Assembly: GCA_016792625.1 (NCBI GenBank)
Contig: JAEUKK010000159.1
Coordinates: 12,875-76,874 of the forward strand
Direction of reading: 5' to 3'
Origin: Deltaproteobacteria bacterium
GTDB lineage: Bacteria; Myxococcota_A; UBA796; UBA2385
Length of the DNA: 64,000 nucleotides
Of the stretch, positions 9,718 through 18,944 are shown in pieces. Position 1 is the stretch's first letter. The number at the start of each line of letters is the position of its first letter. The notes below the pieces were generated by a model that was given only the letters and a program-made list of their open reading frames with translations, was not told where the DNA came from and did not search any database. The translations under genes and the position numbers were made by a program.

Positions 9718-10799
9718 TTGGCGTCCCCGCCGGCCTCAGGGCCGCCCGCGGGGGGCGCGCCCGCCGGAGCGCCGCCGGCCGGGATCGGGGCGCCGGGCAG
9801 CTCGCCGCCGGGCACCTCGGCATCGCCGCCGTCGTCCATGCCGGGGCCCTCGCCGAGCTCACCCTTCATCGCGCCGGCCGCGGTCACGGCCTTGAGATCG
9901 ACCGCCATCAGCTTGGCGTCGTCGATGGTGACCTTGGCGCCGACCTTGAGCTTGGCGACGTAGTCGTCGTACACCTGGGTGAGCTTCTCGTTCTTCACCT
10001 TGCGGATGACCGAGCCCTTCATCTGGGCGAAGGTGCGCTCGACCCGCTGGCGCTTGTTGCTCACCTGGATGATGTTGATGCCCTCAGGGCTGCGGAAGGG
10101 CTCAGACAGCTCACCTTCGCCCATGGTGAAGGCCTTGTCGACGACCGGCTGGTCGAGGCCGGGCTTGCCGTCCTTGGGGACGAAGCCGACGTCGCCGCCG
10201 CGGCGGCGGTAGGGGTCTTCCGAGACGCGGCCGGCGATCTCTTTGAACTTGTTGATGTCGCCCTTGAGCTCGGCGTGCACCTTCTGGGCCTCGGCCATGG
10301 CCTCAGCCTCGGTGCGCTTGTCGCCGACCTTGATGAGGATGCGCTTGATCTGCACCTTCTCGGGGACGACGAACTCTTCTTTGTGCGACTCGTAGTAGGC
10401 CTGGAGCTGGTCGTCGGGGAAGTCGCTGTTCTTGACCTGGCGGTAGACCTCTTCGCGCAGCAGGGTGTTGACCATCACCTTCTGCACCTTGGGGTCTTTG
10501 TCGAAGCCCTTGGCCAGGGCGTTCTTGTAGAGCAGCTTCTCTTCGACCAGGCGCTCGAGCACCTCTTTGCGCTCTTCGAGGCTCAGCGTGTCGCCGTTGG
10601 CGGGGGCCTTGCGGGCGGCGGCCTGCTTGAACTCGATGTCGCCGATCGGCACCCCGTCGACGTTGGCGATCTCGACGCCGATGTCGATCACGGCCTGCTG
10701 GGGAGCGGCCTCGCCGGTCGGCTTGCCGCTGGTCCCGCCGTCTTCACACGCGGTGAGCAGGGCCAGGAGCGAGGTCAAGAGCAGCACAGGGGAGCGCAT
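9714..10799 (-). CDS. PpiC-type peptidyl-prolyl isomerase lipoprotein
   Basis: Lipobox LLALLTAC; YYESHKEEF..PEKVQIKRILIK, SEDP..RRGGDVGF, GELSEPFRSPEG parvulin motifs; stop overlaps the next start. Confidence 0.9.
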   Translation of the reverse strand: MRSPVLLLTSLLALLTACEDGGTSGKPTGEAAPQQAVIDIGVEIANVDGVPIGDIEFKQAAARKAPANGDTLSLEERKEVLERLVEEKLLYKNALAKGFDKDPKVQKVMVNTLLREEVYRQVKNSDFPDDQLQAYYESHKEEFVVPEKVQIKRILIKVGDKRTEAEAMAEAQKVHAELKGDINKFKEIAGRVSEDPYRRRGGDVGFVPKDGKPGLDQPVVDKAFTMGEGELSEPFRSPEGINIIQVSNKRQRVERTFAQMKGSVIRKVKNEKLTQVYDDYVAKLKVGAKVTIDDAKLMAVDLKAVTAAGAMKGELGEGPGMDDGGDAEVPGGELPGAPIPAGGAPAGAPPAGGPEAGGDAK

Positions 10800-10973
10800 G
10801 TCAGATCTCCGGGGGCGACTGGGGGGCCGCCCGATCAGCGCGCTGGTCGTGTGGGCCGGGACCAGCCGGGTCATGAGGAAAGGGGCGAAGGGGGCAGGCC
10901 GGATTAGCGCACAGCCCCCTCAAAGGCAACGCGGAGCGGCCGATGCGGGGGCCTCCTCCTGCTCGGAGCCGCC

Positions 10974-11573
10974 ATGTCCCCCGCCGCCCTCGCCCGCTGG
11001 GCCCTCGCCGCCCTCCCCCTGCTCGGCCTCTCCGCCCTCGCCCGCGCCGGCGCGGTGCGTGTCGAAGCCGGCGTGGCCACCGAGGTCCTGCTCGAGAGCG
11101 TCCCCGTGGTGCGCACCTACGGCCCCGGCACGGTCACCCTGCCCGAGGTGCCCGCCGGGCCGCACAGCTTCGAGGTCTTCCGCGGCGGGCGCTCCGAGCT
11201 GATCACCGTCGAGGTGCCCGAGCAGGGCGAGGTCCGCCTGCTCATCGGCGAAGCGGCGCTGACCACCGACGCCGCGCCCACCGCCCCCGATCCGGCGGTG
11301 GGGCCGCGGGTGCTGCTCAAGGCGGTGGCCGGCCAGCGCTTCGGCCTGGTCATCGACGGAAAACGCGCCGGCGAGCTGCACCCTGAGCAGCCCCTGCGCC
11401 TCGACAGCCTCAAGGTCGGCGTGCACAAGGTCGAGCTGCGCAGCGTCGACCACCTCACCGTCTGGGCCCGGGGGGAGCTCGACCTGCGGCCGGGCGATGA
11501 CCTCGCGATCACCGTGCAGGAGGGCAAGCTGCCCGAGACCTTTGGCCGCGCCGGCGCCTGGACGGCGAAGTAG
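10974..11573 (+). CDS. Exported protein with two PEGA-like beta-sandwich repeats
   Basis: GGAG RBS; signal peptide; repeated segments VPAGPHSFEV and LKVGVHKVEL, plus IDGKRAG. Confidence 0.65.
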   Translation: MSPAALARWALAALPLLGLSALARAGAVRVEAGVATEVLLESVPVVRTYGPGTVTLPEVPAGPHSFEVFRGGRSELITVEVPEQGEVRLLIGEAALTTDAAPTAPDPAVGPRVLLKAVAGQRFGLVIDGKRAGELHPEQPLRLDSLKVGVHKVELRSVDHLTVWARGELDLRPGDDLAITVQEGKLPETFGRAGAWTAK

Positions 11574-11605
11574 CCGCCTCCGCCGCGGGATAGGCCACGC
11601 CTGAG

Positions 11606-13564
11606 GTGGCCGTGGCCGACCGCTCCGTCCGCACGCCGGTCCTGCTCGCCTTTCTGCTCTCGGTCGGGGCCTCGGGCGGCGCGCTGGCCTACACGGTGAG
11701 CCAGCTCGCCACGATCGGCGAGCGCCTCGACGCGCTCGACCGCAGCTACCTGCCGCTGGCCGCGGTCACCGCCGAGCTCGGCGCGCTGACCCGCCAGCTC
11801 GACCGCGAGCAGGCCCGCGGGGGTCGAGCCGGGGGCGCCTCGGCCCGCCGGGCCAGCGCCGCCTTCTTCTCCGCCGGGCTCAGCGCGGCGGTGCAGCGCG
11901 GCCACAGCATCGTCGACGCGGCCACCGCCGAAGCCGAGAGCCGAGAGGAGCGCACGGCCCTGGCCCTGCTCGACGCCCAGCTGCGCCAAGCCGACGAGGC
12001 CCGCGCCGCGTGGGAGGCCGCGGTCGAGGCCGAGCTCACCGCCGAAGCGGCATCCGAAGCCGCGCCTGCCTCTGGACCAACTGAGGGCAAAGCAGCGTCT
12101 GTGTCGTCGTCTTCGTCGTCCACCACCCCAACAACGGCGCCCGCCGCCGCGCCCGCCGGGGGGCCCCCAGCGAGCGAGGGGAGCGCCGCGCAGGGGGCCG
12201 CCCCGCCGGCCACGCCCGCCGAGCAGGCCCGGGCGCACCTCGTCGACCGGGTGGGCCGGCTCGCCGCCCTGGTCGAGGACCGCATCGAGACCTTGAGCGC
12301 GCGGGCCGCGCGGGCCCAGCGGCGCGCGACCGCGGTGGGCGGCGCGCTGGCCGGCATCTCGCTGCTGCTCAGCGGCCTGCTCTCGGTGGGCGCGCTCAAC
12401 ACGCTGCGGCCGGTCAGCGATCTCGTCGCCCAAGTGCTGCGCCAGCGGGCGGCGGCCACGCCCGGCCGGGTCGAGCTGCGGGCCGAGGGTGAGCTCGCCC
12501 TGCTCGCCCGCGAGTGGAACGCCATGGCCGAGGCCGTCTCGGAGCGAGACCGGCGCCTCAAGGAGCGCGCCGAGGTGCTCGACCGGCTGAGCCTGCGCCT
12601 GCGCAGCGTGCTCGACACCATCCAGGTCGGCATCGTGGTGGCCGAGGGCGGGGCGGCGGTGGTGGTCAACCCCGCGGCCCGCCGCCTGTTCATGGCCAGC
12701 GAGGGCGGGAACCTGCCCGCCGAGCTGCGCGGGCTGGGCGCCGGCCGGGTCGAGGCCCTGCCTGTGGCCGCCCGCCTCATCGACGTCGAGGTCGTGCCCT
12801 ATGGCCCGCGGGGGCTTCTTTTCGTCGGAGAGGACGTCACGGCCCGCATTCGCGACCGCGAGCGCCTCGCCCGCAGCGAGCGCCTGGCCCTGGTCGGCCA
12901 GATGCTCGCCCAGGTCACCCACGAGGTCCGCAACCCGCTCAACGCGATGAGCCTGCACGCCGAGATCTTGTGCGATGAGCTGACCGACGCCGAGCAGCTC
13001 GACATGATGCGGACGATCACCGGGGAGATCCGCCGGATTGAGGCGGTGACCGGCCGTTACCTCGAGCTGAGCCGGGGGAGGCGGCCCGAGCTCGGCCTCG
13101 CCGCGCCCGCCGCCCTCTGCGCCGAGGTGCTGCGGGTGGAGGAGGAGGCCTTACGCCGGGCGGGCCTGCGGGCCAGCCTGCGTACCTCAGGGCCCTCGGG
13201 GCCCGTCGAGCTGGACGCCGAGGCCCTGCGCCGGGCCCTGCGCAACCTGCTCAAGAACGCGGCCGAGGCCGGCGCCCACAGCGCCGAGGTCTGGGTGCAT
13301 ATCGACGAAGACAGCGTGCAGGTCGCTGTGTCCGACGATGGCCCAGGGATGGACCCCGAGACCGCCCGCCAAGCCTTCGACCCCTTCTACACCACCAAAG
13401 CCCAGGGCACGGGGCTCGGCCTGGCCATCACCCGCCAAGAGCTTGAAGAGGTCGGCGGTCAGATCAAGGCGATCCCCCAACCCGAGGGCGGCCTGCGCAT
13501 CGAGCTGAGCCTGCCCGCCGGCCCCGCCGCCCGCCGCGCCCTGCGCCGGGCCGAGGTGGGCTGA
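11606..13564 (+). CDS. Membrane sensor histidine kinase (HAMP/PAS-like, HisKA, HATPase)
   Basis: Two TM segments; H-box THEVRNPLN; N-box NLLKNAAEA; DDGPGM; FDPFYTTK; GTGLGL. Confidence 0.92.
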   Translation: MAVADRSVRTPVLLAFLLSVGASGGALAYTVSQLATIGERLDALDRSYLPLAAVTAELGALTRQLDREQARGGRAGGASARRASAAFFSAGLSAAVQRGHSIVDAATAEAESREERTALALLDAQLRQADEARAAWEAAVEAELTAEAASEAAPASGPTEGKAASVSSSSSSTTPTTAPAAAPAGGPPASEGSAAQGAAPPATPAEQARAHLVDRVGRLAALVEDRIETLSARAARAQRRATAVGGALAGISLLLSGLLSVGALNTLRPVSDLVAQVLRQRAAATPGRVELRAEGELALLAREWNAMAEAVSERDRRLKERAEVLDRLSLRLRSVLDTIQVGIVVAEGGAAVVVNPAARRLFMASEGGNLPAELRGLGAGRVEALPVAARLIDVEVVPYGPRGLLFVGEDVTARIRDRERLARSERLALVGQMLAQVTHEVRNPLNAMSLHAEILCDELTDAEQLDMMRTITGEIRRIEAVTGRYLELSRGRRPELGLAAPAALCAEVLRVEEEALRRAGLRASLRTSGPSGPVELDAEALRRALRNLLKNAAEAGAHSAEVWVHIDEDSVQVAVSDDGPGMDPETARQAFDPFYTTKAQGTGLGLAITRQELEEVGGQIKAIPQPEGGLRIELSLPAGPAARRALRRAEVG

Positions 13565-13687
13565 GGCCGCGGCCCGCCCGCCCGACCAGAAGCCCGCCAC
13601 CCAGGCCAGCCGACCGCGACGGCCGCGTTAGCGCCGCCCGGCCCGCGCGCGCCCGCAGCGAGGCGCACAGGCCGGAGGCCCCCCGCC

Positions 13688-14587
13688 ATGATGACCGAGA
13701 GTTTTCGCTCCAACCCCGGCTCCGTCCTCATCTGGCAGTGGCGGAACGCCCTCTACTACGCCATCGCCGGCGCGGCGGCCTGGGCCCTCATCGTGCCCGC
13801 TGGCCTCAAGGAGCTGCAGCTGCCCGTGACGCCCATCTCGGTGGTCGGCGCCGCCATCGGCATCTTCGCGTCCTTCCGCGCGAACCAGGCCTACGACCGC
13901 TGGTGGGAGGGCCGGCGCCTCTGGGGCGGCCTGGTCAACGCCTCGCGGCACTGGGCCAGCCAAGTGCTGGCCTACCTGCCGGCCGACGAGGCCCCGCTGG
14001 CCGAGGCCTTGGTGCTGCGGCAGGTCACTTTTGTGCACGCCCTGCGCTGCCGCCTGCGTGGCCAGACCCCTTGGGAGGACCCGGACTTCCGCCGGGTCGG
14101 CGAAGACACGCCCGCCCTGCGCGGCAGCACCAACCTGACCGCGGCCCTGCTGCTGGCCCAGCTGCGCGCGCTCGCCGCCCTGTCCGACCGGGGCGGCCTC
14201 GACCCGCACCGCCTCGCCTCGCTCGACCGCACGCTGACCGAGCTCATCGGCCTGCAAGGCGGCTGTGAGCGCATCCAAGGCACGCCCCTGCCGCGGGGCG
14301 TGGGCTTCATCTTGGTGCTGCTGATCAACACCTTCGCCATCTTCTTGCCCTTCGCCCTGGTGCACGACCTGGGCTGGGTGGCGGTGCCGGTCAACGTGGT
14401 GGTCTGCCTCGCTTTTGCGCTGATCAGCGAGGCGGGTCGGGTGCTCGAAGACCCGTTCAACCTCTTCTACAACGGCCTGCCGCTGCACGATCTCAGCATC
14501 AAGATCGAGCGCAACCTGCGCGAGGCCCTCGGCCACACCGCGCTGCCCGCGCCGGTGGCCGTGCAGCCGCCGGGCGTGCTGATGTAG
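13688..14587 (+). CDS. Bestrophin-family ion channel
   Basis: FRANQAYDRWWEGRRLWG, GGCERIQGTPLP and LEDPF motifs; TM segments. Confidence 0.92.
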   Translation: MMTESFRSNPGSVLIWQWRNALYYAIAGAAAWALIVPAGLKELQLPVTPISVVGAAIGIFASFRANQAYDRWWEGRRLWGGLVNASRHWASQVLAYLPADEAPLAEALVLRQVTFVHALRCRLRGQTPWEDPDFRRVGEDTPALRGSTNLTAALLLAQLRALAALSDRGGLDPHRLASLDRTLTELIGLQGGCERIQGTPLPRGVGFILVLLINTFAIFLPFALVHDLGWVAVPVNVVVCLAFALISEAGRVLEDPFNLFYNGLPLHDLSIKIERNLREALGHTALPAPVAVQPPGVLM

Positions 14588-14614
14588 GCCGACCTAGCGC
14601 GGGGTCAGGCGCCT

Positions 14615-15574
14615 TCAGCGCGCCGGGCTGGCGTCGACCCGGAAGGTGTAGCGCTCATAGAGGTGCGGGGCCTCGGAGCGCAGCGGCGTATCGTAGACCG
14701 CCAGCCCGATGAAGGGCGCGAAGCGGAGGGAGTAGGTGCCGGCGGGCAGCGGGCCGTCCGAGGTCCAGGCGAATTCACCGGGGACCTCGGAGAAAGAGGA
14801 TGTGAACAGCCGGTCTTGCTCGCTGCGGTCGCCGGCGAACAGCTCGACCCACATGGGGATGGTCTCGGGGAAGGCCATCGACAGGCTCACCACGCTGTCT
14901 TCGGCGATGGTGAAGCGGTACCAGTCGACCGGCTCGTCGCTCTCGCCGAGCGTCGAGACCATCCAGGCGCTGTGCTCGGCGCCCGTCGGCACGTGACGGG
15001 CCTCTGCGGCGGTGTTGTTGGGCTCGTAGCAGTCGTCGTACTCGGTCCAGGTCCAGCGCGCCTCGGCGGTGTAGGGCTCCTCGGGCCCGGGCAAGCCGCG
15101 GCCCCACTCGGCGAGGCCCATGACCAGCTCTTCGCCGGGCGCGGCCACACCGGCCAGGACGACATCTTCACCCGGCCCGACGTCAAGCTCGATCTGGAAG
15201 GTGCTCAGCTCGGGGTGCTCCAGCGTGAGGCCCATGGTCACCAGGTCATCGTCGGAGCGCGGGCTGACCAAGGTGAAGGTCAGCAGGCCGCTGAGGCGGT
15301 CGGCCGGCGCGAAAAAGGGCGTGAGCAGCTCGCCGGCATGCTCCATGGGGGTGGAGATGACCCCGGCGAGGGATTCGGCGGCCACCGGCAGACACTCGTC
15401 CAGGGTCGGGTCGATGAGCGGAGCGTCGCCCCCGCCAGAGCCTGCGCCGGTGTCGCCGCCGCTGTCGGGCTTGCCGCCGTCCACGCAGCCCACGGGGAGG
15501 GAGAGAAGCCCGAGCAGCGCGAAGGCGCCGCGCACGGGGGGACAGGACAAGGAGGAGGAGGAGGGGCTGTGCAT
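14615..15574 (-). CDS. Hypothetical lipoprotein with C-terminal PPC-like (pre-peptidase) domain
   Basis: Lipobox LSLPVGC; DCYEPNNT, VDWYRFTI, LPAGTYSLR. Start uncertain. Confidence 0.65.
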   Translation of the reverse strand: MHSPSSSSLSCPPVRGAFALLGLLSLPVGCVDGGKPDSGGDTGAGSGGGDAPLIDPTLDECLPVAAESLAGVISTPMEHAGELLTPFFAPADRLSGLLTFTLVSPRSDDDLVTMGLTLEHPELSTFQIELDVGPGEDVVLAGVAAPGEELVMGLAEWGRGLPGPEEPYTAEARWTWTEYDDCYEPNNTAAEARHVPTGAEHSAWMVSTLGESDEPVDWYRFTIAEDSVVSLSMAFPETIPMWVELFAGDRSEQDRLFTSSFSEVPGEFAWTSDGPLPAGTYSLRFAPFIGLAVYDTPLRSEAPHLYERYTFRVDASPAR

Positions 15575-15778
15575 GGCGCGCTCGCTGGCCCGAGGGGCCG
15601 AGGGAGGGGCAGCCCGGAGGGCCGGGCGGTCGTGACCAGGGAGCTCCCGTTCACACACCCTCGGTACCGTCCGCCCGTGAACGGGCCGTGAAGAGGCCCG
15701 GGCAGGTCCGAGGGAACCGGCGCCGCCGTGGGCAGATCACGCCGGTTAGACGCCACGCCCCGCTGCCCATGAGGACGA

Positions 15779-16276
15779 ATGCCGCCCCGCTCGCCTCCCC
15801 CGCTCAGCCCCCAGGGCCTGCCGCTGCGCGGCAGCGCCGGCCCCCGGGTGCTCAACGACATTGGCCTGACCGACGCCGAGCTTGCCGCCTTCCTGCCGCC
15901 CGAGGCCCCCACCCTGCTGCGCAGCGTGCTGTGGTGCCAGTTCAGCGGCCCGGCCCGCCTCGAGGACATCGCCGCGGCCTTCGCCGACCGCTACACGACC
16001 CGGCTCGTGCCCGACGCCCGGCGCTTCCCGCCGGACGGGCCCGAAGAGGGCGTGCCCGTGCGCGAGGTCGAGCTGATGACCCGCGGCCGCTACGCCCGGT
16101 ACACCTTCCTGGGCATGCGGGGCGACCACTACATCGAAGACGGCCACTTTCAGCTCGAGGCCACCTTCTTCGGCGCGGGGACGGGCTGGGGTTCGAACCG
16201 CGCGCTGTACAGCCGCTTCAAGGCCCTCGAGCTGCCCCGCATCGGCGCGGTCGACATCGTGGAGCTGACCGCGTGA
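15779..16276 (+). CDS. Hypothetical protein
   Basis: Host-like codon bias and ordinary protein composition; stop lies 16 bp before the cyclase start. Confidence 0.7.
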   Translation: MPPRSPPPLSPQGLPLRGSAGPRVLNDIGLTDAELAAFLPPEAPTLLRSVLWCQFSGPARLEDIAAAFADRYTTRLVPDARRFPPDGPEEGVPVREVELMTRGRYARYTFLGMRGDHYIEDGHFQLEATFFGAGTGWGSNRALYSRFKALELPRIGAVDIVELTA

Positions 16277-16292
16277 CCACCCCGCGCGCGAC

Positions 16293-17954
16293 ATGGCCGG
16301 TGCCGCGGTGAGCGCCCCGCCCAGCGCGCGGGGGCCCGACGCCCCGGCGGCACTGCTCCAGGTCGAGCTCGACAAGGCCGAGGGCGTCAAGGCCGGCGGG
16401 ATGGCCCTGCTCATCGCCGTCGGCATCCTGCCCATCTTCGTGTTGATGCGCACCGTCGGTGGTTTCGTCGACCGGGTCGCCGCCCGGCCCGGCGTGGTGG
16501 CCGCGGTGCTCGGCCTCTCGGTGGTCATGTTCGCCATCGAGGCCACCGCCTGGTGGACGGTGCGCCGCGAGACCCGGGCGGGCCGCCGCCTCTCGCGCTG
16601 GCCGGGCCGCCTGCTCGTCGCGCTCGAGGCGATGGCGCCGACCCTCGTGTTGGTCCTGATCGGGGCCTTTTTGCCGGGTGAGCACGCCCTGACCGCGCCC
16701 CAGCTGCTGCTCTACGCCGTGTTCATCGGGCCGAGCGCGGTGCGCCTCGACCCCGGCCTGAGCCTGCTCTCGGGTGTGCTCGCCGCGGGCTCCTACGCGG
16801 TCGTCGCGGGCGCGCTGCTGTCGGCGGGGCGGGTCGACCACCCGCTGGAGCAGGACCTCGCCACCCACGCCATGCGGGTGCTCTACCTGTTGATGACCGG
16901 CGGAGCAGCGGCATTTGTCGCCGCCCAGCTGCGCCAGCGCTTCACCGCGGCCCTGCAGGCCAGCGCCGAGCGCGCCCGGGTGGTGCACATCTTTGGCCGT
17001 TATCTTCACGATGACGTGGTGGACCATCTTTTGCATGACCCCGACGGCCTGCGCCGGGGCGGCGAGCGCCGCACCTTGACCGTGATGATGACCGACCTGC
17101 GCGGCTTCTCGAGCCTCGCCGAGGGCCTGCCGCCCGAGCGGGTGGTCGCCCTGCTCAACCACTACCTGGGCGAGATGGTGCCGGTCGTGCTCGAGAACGG
17201 CGGCACCATTGACGAGATCATCGGCGACGCCCTGCTGGTCATCTGGAACGCCCCCGCCGACCAGCCCGACCACGCCCGCCGGGGGCTGCGCTGCGCGATC
17301 GGCCTGCAGCAGCGCATGGCCGCCGTAAACGCCTGGACCGCCGCCGCGGGCCTGCCCGCGCTCGAGATGGGCATCGGCCTGCACACCGGCGAGGCGGTGG
17401 TGGGCAACATCGGCGCCGACCAGCGCCAAAAGTACGGCGTGGTGGGCACCACGGTGAACCTCGCCGCCCGGGTCGAGTCGGCCACGGTCGGCGGGCAGGT
17501 GCTGGCCACCGCCGCCACCCTCGCCCAGGCCGGCGAGGGCCTGCAGCTCGGCGCGCGGCGGAGCCTGCGCCCCAAGGGCAGCGCCGCGCCCATCGAGGTG
17601 GCCGAGCTGCTCGGCCTCGACGGCCAGCGCCTGCCCGGCGCCGACGAGACCCTGTCGCCCGCCCCACCCCAGGCCCTGCGCCTGCGCGCCGTGCGCGGCA
17701 AGGAGCTCGACGCCGAGGCCATCGAGGCCCTGCTGCGCGCCGCGGGCCCCCGCCGCCTCGTGGTCCAGCTCGCCGCCCCACAGCCCGAGGTCGACGACGT
17801 GCAAATCGAGCACAACGGCGCGGTCGCCTACGCCCGCCTGAGCCCCGAGGGCCCCGACACCGCGCTGCTGCGCCTCACCTCCGCGGCCGGTGCCGCCGCC
17901 CTGCGGGCGGCCGGCCTCGCGCTGCCCGCCGATCCGACAACTGCAACACATTGA
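16293..17954 (+). CDS. Membrane class III nucleotidyl cyclase, possibly guanylyl cyclase, with C-terminal extension
   Basis: Multi-TM N-terminus; MTDLRGFS, GGTIDEIIGDAL, GIGLHTGEAVVGNIG, KYGVVGTTVNLAARVE. Confidence 0.92.
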   Translation: MAGAAVSAPPSARGPDAPAALLQVELDKAEGVKAGGMALLIAVGILPIFVLMRTVGGFVDRVAARPGVVAAVLGLSVVMFAIEATAWWTVRRETRAGRRLSRWPGRLLVALEAMAPTLVLVLIGAFLPGEHALTAPQLLLYAVFIGPSAVRLDPGLSLLSGVLAAGSYAVVAGALLSAGRVDHPLEQDLATHAMRVLYLLMTGGAAAFVAAQLRQRFTAALQASAERARVVHIFGRYLHDDVVDHLLHDPDGLRRGGERRTLTVMMTDLRGFSSLAEGLPPERVVALLNHYLGEMVPVVLENGGTIDEIIGDALLVIWNAPADQPDHARRGLRCAIGLQQRMAAVNAWTAAAGLPALEMGIGLHTGEAVVGNIGADQRQKYGVVGTTVNLAARVESATVGGQVLATAATLAQAGEGLQLGARRSLRPKGSAAPIEVAELLGLDGQRLPGADETLSPAPPQALRLRAVRGKELDAEAIEALLRAAGPRRLVVQLAAPQPEVDDVQIEHNGAVAYARLSPEGPDTALLRLTSAAGAAALRAAGLALPADPTTATH

Positions 17955-17971
17955 TCATCGACCGTAACAAA

Positions 17972-18107
17972 ACCACGAGAGCCCAGGCCTTCGCGGCGAG
18001 CCCCCTCCTCGCCCAACGCCGCCCCAAAACGCGCCGTCGCGCACCCACAAGAGCCGAGGCCTTCGCGGCGCCCCACCTCATCGCCCACTCGAGCCCCAAA
18101 ACGCGCC
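17972..18107 (+). repeat. Imperfect direct repeat, two ~64-bp copies with 72-bp period
   Basis: gagcccaggccttcgcggcg..gccccaaaacgcgcc (17972-18035) versus gagccgaggccttcgcggcg..gccccaaaacgcgcc (18044-18107). Confidence 0.8.
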
Positions 18108-18213
18108 AAGCCGGGGGCCGGATCTTGGAGAACCGGCAAAGGGGGGCCATTGCGGGCTGGCGCGCGGCGCTGCCATGCGCCGCGCGAAGCCTGCCCGCCG
18201 GCCCCCCTTGGCG

Positions 18214-18275
18214 GGGGATCCAAGGGGCCCCGCGGGCCCCTTGGCCGAGGGGTCCGGGGGCCGGCGGCCCCCGGC
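18214..18275. repeat. Tandem REP-like GC hairpins
   Basis: ccaaggggccc-cgc-gggccccttgg followed by ccgggggcc-ggc-ggcccccgg, each preceded by gggg(a)t; in a convergent intergenic region. Confidence 0.65.
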
Positions 18276-18431
18276 TCCCACGAACCCAAAAGACCGGGCC
18301 AGCGCGCGCCCCGCGCAGCGACCACACCGCCCCCGCGCAGCATCAGGCAACCGGCGCACAAAGCCCAGCGCAGCCAAAGCGCAAAAGCCAGCTCCGCAGA
18401 AGCTCCCGGCGCGCGCAGCGGAAAAGGGGCA

Positions 18432-18863
18432 TCAGCCCGCCGGAAAGGCCGCCATATCCATAAAGAAAACCTCCCAATGATGGCCATCGAGGTCAAAGAA
18501 CGTCCGCGTATACATAAACCCATGATCCGTGGCCGGCATCGCCTGGGTCGCGCCCAGCGCCAACGCAGCGTCGGCCACCTGATCCACCTCTTCGCGGCTG
18601 CCCACCGAGAAGGCCGTGATGTGCCCCGTGGTGGCGTGGCCCTCAGGCCGCGGGCGGGCGCAGAAGCCGTCGAAGCGCGGCTGCACCAGCAGCATCACAA
18701 AGGCGTCGTCGCCGACCAACATGCAGGTGGCGGTCTCGTCGGTGAACATCGGGTTGAAGGTGAAGCCGAGCGCGGTGAAGAAGGCCACGGCGCGGTCGAG
18801 ATCAGCGACCGGCAGGTTCAAGAACAGCTTGCGGCCCGGGTGGGCGGGGACTTGGGGGCTCAT
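18432..18863 (-). CDS. VOC/glyoxalase family protein
   Basis: LFLNLPVADLDRAVAFFTALGF, SREEVD, DHGFMY.R.FFDLDGHHWE. Confidence 0.92.
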   Translation of the reverse strand: MSPQVPAHPGRKLFLNLPVADLDRAVAFFTALGFTFNPMFTDETATCMLVGDDAFVMLLVQPRFDGFCARPRPEGHATTGHITAFSVGSREEVDQVADAALALGATQAMPATDHGFMYTRTFFDLDGHHWEVFFMDMAAFPAG

Positions 18864-18944
18864 CTGTGCTCCGGTGCCGCCAAAAGTGCAGCGGCCCGGG
18901 GCGCATAGCCTCGGGCCGCTGCTCCACCCACTGAACAGAGGCGC

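Noticed and set aside
17972-18107. 72-bp period as a possible mini-CRISPR
   Set aside because: Only two units, similar over nearly their whole length, with no spacer-sized unique segment.
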